This document shows positions 31,580 to 40,938 of a stretch of 64,000 nucleotides of DNA, one piece after another. This DNA comes from an uncultured Pseudomonadota bacterium (GTDB taxonomy: Bacteria > Vulcanimicrobiota > Vulcanimicrobiia > Eremiobacterales > Eremiobacteraceae), in contig CAVTNB010000003.1 in assembly GCA_963736005.1 (NCBI GenBank), positions 416,001 to 480,000 of the forward strand, read 5' to 3'. The notes beneath the pieces are model-generated. The model was not told the origin of the DNA. It worked only from the letters and a program-made list of their open reading frames with translations, and did not search any database. Each line of letters begins with the position of its first letter. Position 1 is the stretch's first letter. Position numbers and translations under genes: made by a program.

Positions 31580-31642
31580 GCGTACTCCAAAGAGAATCAA
31601 AGGGGGCGAAAGAAAGGTCGCATCATTGGTTCGCCGGTTCGC

Positions 31643-32155
31643 GTGGGCCAACCCTGGCAGCAGTGCGACGGAGGATACGTGCAGCCGGAGCCGTTCGATA
31701 TCGGGCCCGCAGGCCCCAATGAGTTTGACGTGGCAAGCGAGTTTTGGGTCGCGATGCGGCGAGAACTCGATATGCCGGATGAGGACCTCGCGCCGGATTG
31801 GAAGCCGCGCGCGATTGCCTACTTTACTCGCAGACACGTTGCCGGCGAACTGCGCTGGTTCTTGGCTCGCGACGGCTCGCGAGTCGTCGCCAGTGCGACA
31901 GGTTTCTTGCTCGACGGCTACCCGAGTGAAATTTGCATCAACCGAAAAGTAGGATATGTCGCCGGCGTGTACGTCCTTCCCCAGTTTCGCCGGCGCGGGC
32001 TCGCGCGCGCTGTGACAAAGGCTGCGGTCGACTGGCTGTGGTCGATCGGCTGCAGGCTTGTGCGCCTGCACGCCGCGGACGAGGCACGCCCGATTTACGA
32101 GACGATGGGCTTCGTGCCGAGCAATGAGATGATTCTCGAGCGCCCCGCACCTTGA
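31643..32155 (+). CDS. GNAT family acetyltransferase
   Basis: VYVLPQFRRRGLA acetyl-CoA motif, LHA, YETMGF. Confidence 0.85.
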   Translation: MGQPWQQCDGGYVQPEPFDIGPAGPNEFDVASEFWVAMRRELDMPDEDLAPDWKPRAIAYFTRRHVAGELRWFLARDGSRVVASATGFLLDGYPSEICINRKVGYVAGVYVLPQFRRRGLARAVTKAAVDWLWSIGCRLVRLHAADEARPIYETMGFVPSNEMILERPAP

Positions 32156-32157
32156 TC

Positions 32158-32220
32158 CGCGCGCGCGAATAAATTCGCGCGACTACACTCTTGCGCGCGC
32201 ATAAATTCGCGCGACGACGT
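32158..32220 (-). repeat. REP family A doublet
   Basis: cgcgcgaataaattcgcgcgactac followed by the degenerate cgcgcataaattcgcgcgacgac. Confidence 0.75.
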
Positions 32221-32912
32221 CATGGGCGATTCTCAATCCATCGATAAATCAACGCGGCAATGATCCCGCCCAAAAGTGGGGCAAGGATGAAGAGCCACAA
32301 CTGCCCGACTGCCCAGTCACCTGCGTAAATAGCCGGACCGAGGCTGCGTGCCGGGTTGATGGAGGCGTTGGTGATGGGAATGGCTACGAGATTGGCAACT
32401 GCGAGCGCCAGCCCGATGGGAATGCCGGCAAAGCCACTTGGAGCTGATGCAGCCGTCGAGCCCAAGACGGTGAACACCAAAACAAACGTTAGGAGCGCTT
32501 CGGTAAGAAACGCTGCCCCCATACCAAAGCCTGTTGGTGAGTGATCGCCGAAGCCGTTCGACACTGCTGCCGCGGATGTGTGGATAAAAGCAGGGTCGCT
32601 TGCGCCGGGCGCGCCCAACAAGATGGTCGCCAGGAATCCGAACCCACAAATGCCGCCGAGAAATTGAGCGATCCAGTAGGGGATAACGTCTGACCATTTC
32701 ATGCGGCCGGCAACCGCGGCGCCGATCGTGACTGCGGGATTAACGTGGGCGCCGGAAATTGGCCCGATGGCATAAACCAGGGCAACCAAGACGAGCCCAA
32801 AGGCGAGAGAAATGCCCAGCGCTCCAACGGCTTTGCCGTCAAAGATGGCCGTGCCGACTCCAACAACAACGAGCAAAAGCGTACCGACGAATTCCGCTGC
32901 GTACTTTTTCAT
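32220..32912 (-). CDS. aqpZ: Aquaporin (MIP family)
   Basis: AEFVGT, SGAHVNPAVT, SINPARS; GGGAGG RBS before ATG 32912. Confidence 0.9.
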   Translation of the reverse strand: MKKYAAEFVGTLLLVVVGVGTAIFDGKAVGALGISLAFGLVLVALVYAIGPISGAHVNPAVTIGAAVAGRMKWSDVIPYWIAQFLGGICGFGFLATILLGAPGASDPAFIHTSAAAVSNGFGDHSPTGFGMGAAFLTEALLTFVLVFTVLGSTAASAPSGFAGIPIGLALAVANLVAIPITNASINPARSLGPAIYAGDWAVGQLWLFILAPLLGGIIAALIYRWIENRP

Positions 32913-33032
32913 GCGCCCTCCCAAAAGGAAAAAGCCTCCCCCACAAGGGATTGGCCGCGCTTTATCTTTGTTGGACGGACATTCCTCGCATTCGCGCCAG
33001 GGGCCAAGTCGTCGGACTGGGTATCGTACCAT
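32913..33032 (-). promoter_or_regulatory. Extended -10 promoter and structured leader / attenuator candidate for aqpZ
   Basis: TGGTACGAT; GACTTGGCC..GGCCAATC stem overlapping a terminator-like GGCCAATCCC-TTGT-GGGGGAGGC-TTTTT. Confidence 0.45.
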
Positions 33033-33303
33033 GAATGGATGGCGAACAGACAAGCTCGCTCGATCTCAGACACATAGGTCGGATGCACGATAAAGAAATG
33101 CCTATCGAGCAGGCAGGCATGGAGATGTCAAAACCCGGTCGGGCGGATTTGCGCCGCAGACGACACTCAGTCACGCTGCCTGATGCACCGCTTTCGAAAG
33201 ATGCGGAGTACCCGCCACCTACGGAAATCTAAGCCCGACAGCTGCGCGCAAATTGGCGCGACAATGTGACGGTGCTCAAACCCCACTCGTCGAAATAACA
33301 AAC

Positions 33304-34458
33304 ATGGACGTGCGCCAAACCGAACTCACGCGCGAGGAATTGCAGCGCTACAGTCGCCATCTCATCTTGCCCGAGATTGGCCTCGAGGGGCAGCGCAAAC
33401 TCAAAGCCGCCCGCGTTCTCCTCGTCGGTGCCGGTGGGTTGGGTTCTCCTCTTGGGTTGTATCTTGCAGCGGCGGGAGTCGGAACGCTTGGTATTGTGGA
33501 CGACGACGTGGTTGATGAAACAAACCTGCAGCGGCAGGTGATCCACGGGACTGCTGCCCTTGGTGAATCGAAAGTGCAAAGCGCGGCGCGGCGCATCGCC
33601 GATCTCAATCCGCACGTCGACGTCGTTTCGTATCCTTATCGACTCTCCGCATCAAACGCCCTCGATATCGTGCGGGGCTATGACATCGTCGTCGACGGGA
33701 GCGACAACTTCACGACGCGTTTCCTGGTCAGCGACGCATGCGTCCTGGCCGGTAAGCCAAACGTGTTTGGCTCTGTTTATCGTTTTGAAGGTCAAGCTTC
33801 GGTTTTTGATGCGCAGCGCGGCCCGTGCTATCGCTGTGTATTCCCGGCGCCCCCTCCTCCCGGCGCGGTGCCATCATGCGCGGATGGAGGCGTGCTCGGC
33901 GTTCTTCCCGGTATCGTCGGCCTTATCCAAGCGACCGAAACGATGAAGCTCGTCGCGGGCATCGGCGAGTCGCTCGTCGGAAGGCTGCTTGTCTTCGATG
34001 CTCTCGAAATGCGTTTTCGCACTCTCAAGCTCATAAAAGACGAAAACTGCCCGGCTTGTGGTCCTCATGCAACGATGACCGAGTTACACGATGAACCCGT
34101 CGCGTGCGAAACGCCCTCTGCGAACGGGAGCGAACAGCGAGACGGTTCGATCGACGTCAAGGCGTTACGCGCCAAACTCGATCGCGGCGAGCAGATCGAA
34201 ATCCTTGACGTTCGAGAGCCTGTCGAGCGCGACATCGCGCGACTAGCCAACACCTTGGAGATTCCGTTGGGAGAACTCGGCGAACGGCTGGGCGAGCTGC
34301 CAAAAGATCGGGAGATCGTGGTCTACTGCCTGACCGGCAATCGCAGTGCGCAGGCCGCGCGGCTGCTGACGGAGGCCGGCTTTGCGAACGTTCGCAGTCT
34401 AGAAGGCGGGATTCGGGCTTGGACCGATGAGATAGACCCGACGTTGGCGCGCTACTAA
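33304..34458 (+). CDS. moeB: Molybdopterin-synthase adenylyltransferase with rhodanese domain (MoeB/MoeZ)
   Basis: RYSRH, GAGGLG, NLQRQ, CYRC...CPAC, C-terminal DVRE...YC..G.RS...LEGGI. Confidence 0.92.
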   Translation: MDVRQTELTREELQRYSRHLILPEIGLEGQRKLKAARVLLVGAGGLGSPLGLYLAAAGVGTLGIVDDDVVDETNLQRQVIHGTAALGESKVQSAARRIADLNPHVDVVSYPYRLSASNALDIVRGYDIVVDGSDNFTTRFLVSDACVLAGKPNVFGSVYRFEGQASVFDAQRGPCYRCVFPAPPPPGAVPSCADGGVLGVLPGIVGLIQATETMKLVAGIGESLVGRLLVFDALEMRFRTLKLIKDENCPACGPHATMTELHDEPVACETPSANGSEQRDGSIDVKALRAKLDRGEQIEILDVREPVERDIARLANTLEIPLGELGERLGELPKDREIVVYCLTGNRSAQAARLLTEAGFANVRSLEGGIRAWTDEIDPTLARY

Positions 34459-34493
34459 ACCGCCCTTCGGCCCGCTTTGCGGTGCGGACGGTC

Positions 34494-34523
34494 TTGCGCA
34501 GCGGCGCCCATCAATGGTATGAT
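34494..34523 (+). promoter_or_regulatory. Sigma70-type promoter candidate
   Basis: TTGCGC-18 nt-TATGAT with extended TG; about 130-nt leader follows. Confidence 0.5.
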
Positions 34524-34662
34524 TCTATGTGGTTTTGGTCCTTGGCGGAAAAGACTTGCCCCGGATGTCGAAATTGGATCCATTCAATCTCCTCTCCGCA
34601 AACGTAAGCGCCCCAGAGCCGAAAACCTAAATACCTAACTCGCGAAGAGGAGTCAAAACCGA

Positions 34663-34962
34663 GTGTATACTGACCAATTACTGACATGCGTCGATTGCGG
34701 CGCAGAGTTTACGTTTACTGCTGGTGAGCAGGAATTCTACGCACAAAAGGGCTTCCAGAACAAACCCAATCGTTGCCCCGATTGCCGACAGGCCCGCAAG
34801 GCCAGCCGAGCGCAGGGCGGCGGCGAGCGTCGCAATTTTGCGGCGCGTCAAATGTTCAGCACGACCTGCAGCAGCTGCGGCGGGCCGGCCGAAGTTCCGT
34901 TCCAACCACGTGGCGACAAACCGGTGTATTGCCGGGATTGCTTCCAAAAGATTCGCGCATAG
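34663..34962 (+). CDS. Zinc-ribbon / CxxC-x17-CxxC domain protein
   Basis: CVDC..F.FT.GEQEFY..KGF...P.RC..C and CSSCG....VPF.P....PVYCRDC; GAGGAG RBS. Confidence 0.9.
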   Translation: MYTDQLLTCVDCGAEFTFTAGEQEFYAQKGFQNKPNRCPDCRQARKASRAQGGGERRNFAARQMFSTTCSSCGGPAEVPFQPRGDKPVYCRDCFQKIRA

Positions 34963-34980
34963 CGCAAATCGCAGCAATCG

Positions 34981-35008
34981 AAAAGGACCCTTTTAGGGTC
35001 CTTTTTTT
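34981..35008 (+). terminator. Intrinsic terminator
   Basis: AAAAGGACCCT-TTT-AGGGTCC-TTTTTTT. Confidence 0.85.
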
Positions 35009-35010
35009 AT

Positions 35011-35061
35011 CTCGCGAATAAATTCGCGAGCCTACATTCTCGTGAATATTTGCGAGACTAC
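35011..35061 (-). repeat. REP family A-like doublet
   Basis: ctcgcgaataaattcgcgagcctac and ctcgtgaatatttgcgagactac; the second supplies the solA TAG. Confidence 0.7.
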
Positions 35062-36200
35062 ACGCGGGCCAAACGCTCGAAGCCAAATAAGCCGATGTCG
35101 TGCTGCGTTGAATCGTTGACCACCAGATCGGCCAGCAGTTCACCGACAACGCTGCAGAATTTGAAGCCATGCCCGGAAAAACCGCCAGCGATGATCACGT
35201 TTCGCTGGTGGGGGTGTCGCCCAATGAGAAAATGTTCGTCCGGCGTGAGCGTGTACATGCAAACGGACGATGCGAGATGCTTTCCGTTGGCGTCCGGCAG
35301 CCAATCAGCCAGGGCGACGCGCACGCGCTCCACTTCTTCGGGCGCAACCTCTCGATCGATGACGTCCGGCGTCGTGAAGGTATGCGAGTGATGAAATGCT
35401 GCTTTGATTCCCTCGCCCCCGACGCTTGGAAAACCGTAGAGCACGGAGCGTGGATCGCGCTCGACTATGTACACGGGCAACCGGTCGGGCGCAAAAAGGT
35501 CGGCATTCGCGACTGGCGCAAACCAGTGGGCGACGTTGCGCTCCACGCGCAGCGGTAATCCCAGCTCCTTTGCCTGTTGAGACAGCCAAGCGCCCGCGCA
35601 AATGATGAGCGTGTCAGCGTCAAAGGATTCGCCTGCGGCTGTGCTGACCCGGACAGTTCCGCCAGCGTGTGCTTGCCACGAAGAAACAGAAGCCTCAAAG
35701 CGCAGGTCGGCGCCAGCGCTCGTCGCCCACTCGAGATGCGCTCGAACACAGGCTTCAGGGAAGAGAATCCCCGCTGGCTCTTCAAAGAGGGCGACCTCGT
35801 CTGGGCGAGGGCGCGTCGCAGGAAATCGTGCTCGTATTTCGCGTGCGTCGAGCATCTCGTGCTTCAGATCATGCTCGAGGGCGCTCCGGCGTGAGCCGGA
35901 GACAAGCGAACTGCCTTCCAGGCCAACCATCAAGCCACCCGTGCGCAGGTATAACGCTCGGCCGGTCTTGCGCTCCAACTCGAGCCAGAGATCGTACGCA
36001 CGAAGCAGCAGCGGCACGTAGGCTGGATCTTCCCAGTACGCTTGCCGGATAATGCGCGTTTGACCGTGCGACGATCCGCGATCGTGAGCGGGCGCGAATT
36101 GCTCCAACCCGAGCACGCGCTTGCGGCGGGATGCGAGGTGTGCGGCCGCAGCGCTGCCCATCCCTCCGAGGCCTAGCACGATAGCGTCGTACGTTGGCAT
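35058..36200 (-). CDS. solA: N-methyl-L-tryptophan oxidase / monomeric sarcosine oxidase
   Basis: GLGGMG, GSSHG.TRIIR, CMYT.TPDEHF, GFSGHGFKF. Confidence 0.88.
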   Translation of the reverse strand: MPTYDAIVLGLGGMGSAAAAHLASRRKRVLGLEQFAPAHDRGSSHGQTRIIRQAYWEDPAYVPLLLRAYDLWLELERKTGRALYLRTGGLMVGLEGSSLVSGSRRSALEHDLKHEMLDAREIRARFPATRPRPDEVALFEEPAGILFPEACVRAHLEWATSAGADLRFEASVSSWQAHAGGTVRVSTAAGESFDADTLIICAGAWLSQQAKELGLPLRVERNVAHWFAPVANADLFAPDRLPVYIVERDPRSVLYGFPSVGGEGIKAAFHHSHTFTTPDVIDREVAPEEVERVRVALADWLPDANGKHLASSVCMYTLTPDEHFLIGRHPHQRNVIIAGGFSGHGFKFCSVVGELLADLVVNDSTQHDIGLFGFERLARV

Positions 36201-36257
36201 CGCTTTCCTCATCGTAAAGGTTTTGAGAACGAGATTCGGATAGACTTGCGTCTTGCC

Positions 36258-37352
36258 ATGCCGCACAATAGGTCTATGGAAACACTGCAGCAAGATCCTC
36301 GCCTGATAGCCGTGATGGCCCGCAACCGCAGCGCCGACGGGACCTTTGTCTATGGCGTCAGTTCCACCCATATTTTTTGCCGCCCGTCGTGCGCCTCGCG
36401 ACGACCTCGGTTCGATCGCATTTCGTTCTTTGCAAGTGCGCAGAAGGCTCGGGAGGCCGGCTATCGGGCTTGCCAGCGTTGTCAACCTGAGTCGTCTGAG
36501 TCGCTGGGCGCGGACATGGCGCAACGGGTCTGCCGATACATCGATGCGGTCGAGGAGACACCCAGCCTTGGCGAGCTCGCCGCACACTTCGGATTCAGTC
36601 CGCATCACTTAGCACGAAGCTTTAAGGCCGCGGTTGGCATGACACCCAAGGCATACGCGGATCTCAATCGAGTCGAACGTCTGAAGATCAGGCTGCGAGG
36701 CGGTGAAACCGTTACCGACGCGCTGTATGCTGCAGGCTATGGATCGAGTAGCCGGCTGTACGAGCGCGGCAACGCACTGTTAGGCATGACGCCCAGCAAG
36801 TATCGTCATGCAGGCCAGGGCGCATCGATCGATTTTACGATCGTGCCCTGCCGGCTGGGCAAGGTGCTCGCGGCCGCGACATCGCGCGGCATCTGCGCGG
36901 TAAACCTTGGTGACAGCGACGCTGGACTCGAACGGGGGTTGCGACGCGAATATCACGCAGCGGCGCTACGTCGCAACGACGCCGCTTTGCGGCCGATCGT
37001 CAAGCGCATCATTGCGAACATCGAGCGTGGCGAGCAGCTGCATGGTTTAGCCCTCGATGTCGCCGCAACTGCCTTTACGCGTTCTGTCTGGAAGGCGCTG
37101 GCCGAGATACCGTACGGACAGACACGCACGTACGGAGATATTGCGGCAACACTCGGTCGCCCGACTGCTGCCCGAGCGGTTGCTCGCGCCTGCGCGTCCA
37201 ACCGTGTGGCTCTCATTATCCCTTGTCACCGCGCGGTGCCGCGGTCCGGCGGCACTGGCGGCTACCGCTGGGGGGCAGCACGCAAGCGGGCGCTCTTAGA
37301 ACTGGAACACAAACAGGCCGTCGGAGAGCGCACGACGGGGCAAAAGTCCTAG
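36258..37352 (+). CDS. ada: Bifunctional Ada regulator / O6-methylguanine-DNA methyltransferase
   Basis: CRPSC..CQRC zinc site, AraC HTH, PCHR active site. Confidence 0.93.
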   Translation: MPHNRSMETLQQDPRLIAVMARNRSADGTFVYGVSSTHIFCRPSCASRRPRFDRISFFASAQKAREAGYRACQRCQPESSESLGADMAQRVCRYIDAVEETPSLGELAAHFGFSPHHLARSFKAAVGMTPKAYADLNRVERLKIRLRGGETVTDALYAAGYGSSSRLYERGNALLGMTPSKYRHAGQGASIDFTIVPCRLGKVLAAATSRGICAVNLGDSDAGLERGLRREYHAAALRRNDAALRPIVKRIIANIERGEQLHGLALDVAATAFTRSVWKALAEIPYGQTRTYGDIAATLGRPTAARAVARACASNRVALIIPCHRAVPRSGGTGGYRWGAARKRALLELEHKQAVGERTTGQKS

Positions 37353-37423
37353 CTTCGCGGCGTTTGTTCAATTCGTCCCCTGGAGAAAGGAAAGGTAATG
37401 GGCGGTAGTGCGCTCATCGGAGA

Positions 37424-38845
37424 TTGCGCTTGTCAAGTTTCTCGCGCCAGCTCGTTTGGATTTTCGTAGCGATTGTGATTGCACAATCCGGCGTCTTTGC
37501 AGCGCAGACGGTATTGCCCGTTGCAACAAACATCGCCGGAAGCGTTGCCGTGCAAACGGCAAACGGATCCGAAGAAGTCTCTTCAACACGCATTCTTCGT
37601 TCGGGCGAGGCAGTCATCACCGGTGTCGACTCATCGGCGATTGTGAGTCTTGCTGACGTGGCAAGGGTCATGCTCGGGTCAGGGACGACCCTCACGACCT
37701 TCTCGGATGGAACGACTCTTTCGCTGCAGTTGGTAAGCGGAGAGCTCTGCGTGCAATCGAGTCGACCAACGGTCACCGTTGTCGCCGGATCGCTCAGCTT
37801 GTTGCCAACCAATCCTTCAACGATATACGATCTGAGCTATGCTCAAAACCGCACGGAGCTCTTAGTGTACCGGGGCAGTGTCGCGACCAAAGTCAATGGC
37901 GCAAACCCAACAACGGTCAAAGCTGGAACGGCAGCTGCGATCTTAAATAGCGGAGCGCCTCGACCGGCCGACGTCAGCACAGTAAACGCAGATTTTAGCG
38001 CGCTTCATTGCCCCGATCCATCAATCGTTGCCCAAGTGCTTCCTCAGGAAGCGAACGCTGGAACCACCTCGTCGGCCCACGGCGGTTCCTTCGCAGGAAT
38101 TTTAGGCATCCTCGCGGGGTTGGGTGCGATTGCGGCTGCCGCTGGGCACGCCGGTGGCGGCGGGTCGACCGCCACGACACCGCCGACAACAACTTCCGGG
38201 TCGCCCACGCCCGTGCCGTCTCCATCGATACTGCCTACCGAAACGCCGGCCCCGACGCCCACGCCGACGCCATCGACATCTGGGGATCTCTCACTTTCTC
38301 CGACCGACCTGAGTTTTTCAGCCCCTCTCTCACCGTCGCAGAATTTTGTCGCGCGAGACCACGACACGAGATCGTTTTCTGCGAATAGTTCTGACCTATT
38401 GGTGGCGGTCGTGGTGGAGAAAAACGTCCACAGCCACTCGGCGACCTTCTCGGTCAGCCCAGTGGGCCCGGGTACGGCGACGATTTCCGTGAACGACGGT
38501 GCGGACCGCTCGGGCAGCGTGAGCGTCAGCGTTGGCGTTGGGCTAAGCTCGGCTGCACGCCAGCCTCAAGAGCAAGCAGCGTTCGGTCAGCTCGTCGTGC
38601 TGCCCAAGGAGCTGGTGCTCGGTGTTGGAAACCGCGCCACGTTCATTGTCTCCGAGGCACACTACACCGGACCGTTCCGAGTGATTTCGTCGGGACCATC
38701 TGCTGCGGAAGCGGTACCGGCCCTAAACGTCGGGCCGAGTGCGAGTTTCACGATGATTGGGCGCAGCCCAGGGATTGCGTCTTTGACAATTGCCGACAAT
38801 CACGGTGAGACCGCGACGCTGCAAGTTTCCGTTCGGCCACATTGA
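37424..38845 (+). CDS. Secreted FecR-like domain protein with PT-rich linker and Ig-like C-terminal repeats
   Basis: Signal peptide, L.SG..V.TG.DS.A...L.D FecR-like pattern, TM/Gly-rich segment, TPTPTP linker. Confidence 0.6.
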   Translation: MRLSSFSRQLVWIFVAIVIAQSGVFAAQTVLPVATNIAGSVAVQTANGSEEVSSTRILRSGEAVITGVDSSAIVSLADVARVMLGSGTTLTTFSDGTTLSLQLVSGELCVQSSRPTVTVVAGSLSLLPTNPSTIYDLSYAQNRTELLVYRGSVATKVNGANPTTVKAGTAAAILNSGAPRPADVSTVNADFSALHCPDPSIVAQVLPQEANAGTTSSAHGGSFAGILGILAGLGAIAAAAGHAGGGGSTATTPPTTTSGSPTPVPSPSILPTETPAPTPTPTPSTSGDLSLSPTDLSFSAPLSPSQNFVARDHDTRSFSANSSDLLVAVVVEKNVHSHSATFSVSPVGPGTATISVNDGADRSGSVSVSVGVGLSSAARQPQEQAAFGQLVVLPKELVLGVGNRATFIVSEAHYTGPFRVISSGPSAAEAVPALNVGPSASFTMIGRSPGIASLTIADNHGETATLQVSVRPH

Positions 38846-38849
38846 CTTT

Positions 38850-38909
38850 GAGGGCGACTTGACAGTCGCCCGCTACATCCCGAGGGCGACTTGACAGTCG
38901 CCCGCTACA
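38850..38909 (-). repeat. REP family C tandem doublet, 32-bp period
   Basis: gagggcgacttgacagtcgcccgctacat occurs twice. Confidence 0.85.
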
Positions 38910-39572
38910 TTACGTTGGAGTAGCGATAATAAAGACCGCAAGTGCTGCGGGGCCATGAGCGCCCAGTACGAGCGTCTTTTCGATATCTGCGGTTCTGCTT
39001 GGACCGGTGATGATCACGCCTTCGCCGCGTTCGCCCGCGCGCGCCGCCTCATTGATGCATGCGAGTGCGACGTTCGAGAGCGATGCGTGAAGGCGCGCCA
39101 TCTCGCTCACAACAACGCACGTTGGCGGGAGATAGGGCAGCAGGCGATCCTCGTAGCTCGTCGCCACCGTTAGGACTGAACCCGTATCGGCCAGCAGCGC
39201 AAGGCCATCGATGAGACAACACCCTACTCGCTCTAACTCGGCCGCAGACCGCCCCTTCGCGGGTGCCACGTCGAAGCCGCGCAGCGCCAAACCTATCTCC
39301 AGCGCAAGAGGGGATGACTGCACCGCCATGCTGTTGATGCCGCGGGCGCGCACGTAGGTCTCGATTGCGCTCGCGCATGCAAGCTTGTCGCGAATGATAG
39401 TCGCTGTTCCCGCCAGCGCGCGTAACTCCGAGCAGAACATCTCTTCTAGAGAAGCGCTTGATGTGTCTGGTGCGATTAATGCGAATGCCGTGGGCGGCGC
39501 GCCGCGCGACGCATCGGCGCCCAGCGCATGCCGGATTGACTGAAGAACCTGCGCGCGAGCATCAGAGGTCAT
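38910..39572 (-). CDS. lutC: Lactate utilization protein C (LUD domain)
   Basis: ADTGS, ITGPSRTADIEK.LV.GAHGP. Confidence 0.85.
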   Translation of the reverse strand: MTSDARAQVLQSIRHALGADASRGAPPTAFALIAPDTSSASLEEMFCSELRALAGTATIIRDKLACASAIETYVRARGINSMAVQSSPLALEIGLALRGFDVAPAKGRSAAELERVGCCLIDGLALLADTGSVLTVATSYEDRLLPYLPPTCVVVSEMARLHASLSNVALACINEAARAGERGEGVIITGPSRTADIEKTLVLGAHGPAALAVFIIATPT

Positions 39573-40938
39573 GTTCTTCTGCCCACCACTCCTTGAAGCT
39601 CTGATCGGGAACCGGCGGGAGCGCCCGTTGCTTCGCCCAAGCGCCAAGCAGGCCGGGGTACCAACCGATGGTCCTCCCCAACCGAGCCGCGCGACGCAGC
39701 CAGCGAATTCCGCGACGATATGCGGGCAAGCTCTGCATCGCTTTGGCCCAGAAGCGAATTGCTCGAGTGGTGCTCGGGTTGCCCGCGCGCGTTTCCTCAA
39801 CGACCTTGTGACGCAGGTAGACCAATTGGTGCGCCAGATCGATCGCCACAGGACATGCATCCTGACATGCGCCGCACAACGACGATGCGAACGGGAGCTC
39901 TGATGCTTGTTCGGTTCCAACCAATGCCGGCGTGGTCGTGGCGCCAATTGGCCCGCTGTACGCCCCGCCATACGCCCAACCACCTGCGCGCCGGTAGACC
40001 GGACACACGTTAAGGCACGCGCCACAGCGAATGCAATACAGAGACTCGCGTGTTCTTGGGTCGGCCAAGAGCGTCGTGCGATTTGCGTCTACCAGGATGC
40101 AGTACGTTATCTTGCCAGGCTCGGCGCCGAGAAAGTAGTGCGTGTAGGTGGTGAGTTTTTGACCGGTGCCCGCACGCGCCAGCAGTCGGAGGAACACTTG
40201 CAGATCGTCGAGGCGCGGAATGACCTTCTCGATCCCCATGAGTGCGATGTGAACCGAAGGTACCGATGATGACAGCCCACCATTGCCTTCATTTTCAACA
40301 ACCACGATCGTGCCGGTCTCTGCAATCGCGAAGTTAACGCCGGTGATCCCCACCGCTGCCGTCAGGTAACGTCGCCGCAAGCGTTCGCGCGCAGCGCACA
40401 TCAGGACTTCAGGGTCGTCACTGTACGGAATGCCTAGCTTGCGTTCGAAGAGCACGCCAATCTCTTGGCGCGAGAGATGCAATGCCGGACCGATGATATG
40501 CGAGGGACGCTGCCCAGCCAACTGCACGATAAACTCGCCCAGATCGGTTTCGACAGGATCGATGGTCGCAGCGATTAGATGCTCGTTGAGGTCCATCTCC
40601 TCCGACAGCATCGACTTGCCTTTGACCACCGACATTGCGCCATGCCGGTGGCAGATATCGATCACGTGCGCGACGGCATCGGCCACCGTGGGAGCCCATA
40701 GCACGGTTCCACCTCGGGCGGTGAACTGCGCTTCAAATTGCTCGAGCAACTGATCGAGGTGTGCGATGGAGTATGCTTTGATGGCATGCGCGGCGCTGCG
40801 CAGAGCTTGCCATGGAACCTGCCTTCTCGCGGCGTCGGACGTTTCGGTCGTGCGCTCGAGCGTGGCCAGCAGTGCGGATGATGTGGTAGGATGGGCAAAC
40901 CCGCGCGCAACCGCTTTGCGATCGAAAGGTTTAGCCAT
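39562..40938 (-). CDS. lutB: Lactate utilization Fe-S protein B
   Basis: KGKSM, ETDLGEFI, ENEGN, CIRCGAC.N.CP, SSLCGAC...CP. Confidence 0.9.
   Translation of the reverse strand: MAKPFDRKAVARGFAHPTTSSALLATLERTTETSDAARRQVPWQALRSAAHAIKAYSIAHLDQLLEQFEAQFTARGGTVLWAPTVADAVAHVIDICHRHGAMSVVKGKSMLSEEMDLNEHLIAATIDPVETDLGEFIVQLAGQRPSHIIGPALHLSRQEIGVLFERKLGIPYSDDPEVLMCAARERLRRRYLTAAVGITGVNFAIAETGTIVVVENEGNGGLSSSVPSVHIALMGIEKVIPRLDDLQVFLRLLARAGTGQKLTTYTHYFLGAEPGKITYCILVDANRTTLLADPRTRESLYCIRCGACLNVCPVYRRAGGWAYGGAYSGPIGATTTPALVGTEQASELPFASSLCGACQDACPVAIDLAHQLVYLRHKVVEETRAGNPSTTRAIRFWAKAMQSLPAYRRGIRWLRRAARLGRTIGWYPGLLGAWAKQRALPPVPDQSFKEWWAEEHDL

Noticed and set aside
30020..32071. 683-aa extended PruA
   Set aside because: The extension is antisense to a clear GNAT gene; the real start is MATLIEQ at 31579
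33035..33232. 65-aa ORF between aqpZ and moeB
   Set aside because: No recognisable motif, and it overlaps the likely promoter region
38850..38909. Possible CRISPR or att duplication
   Set aside because: Two adjacent REP family C copies separated by only a few bases
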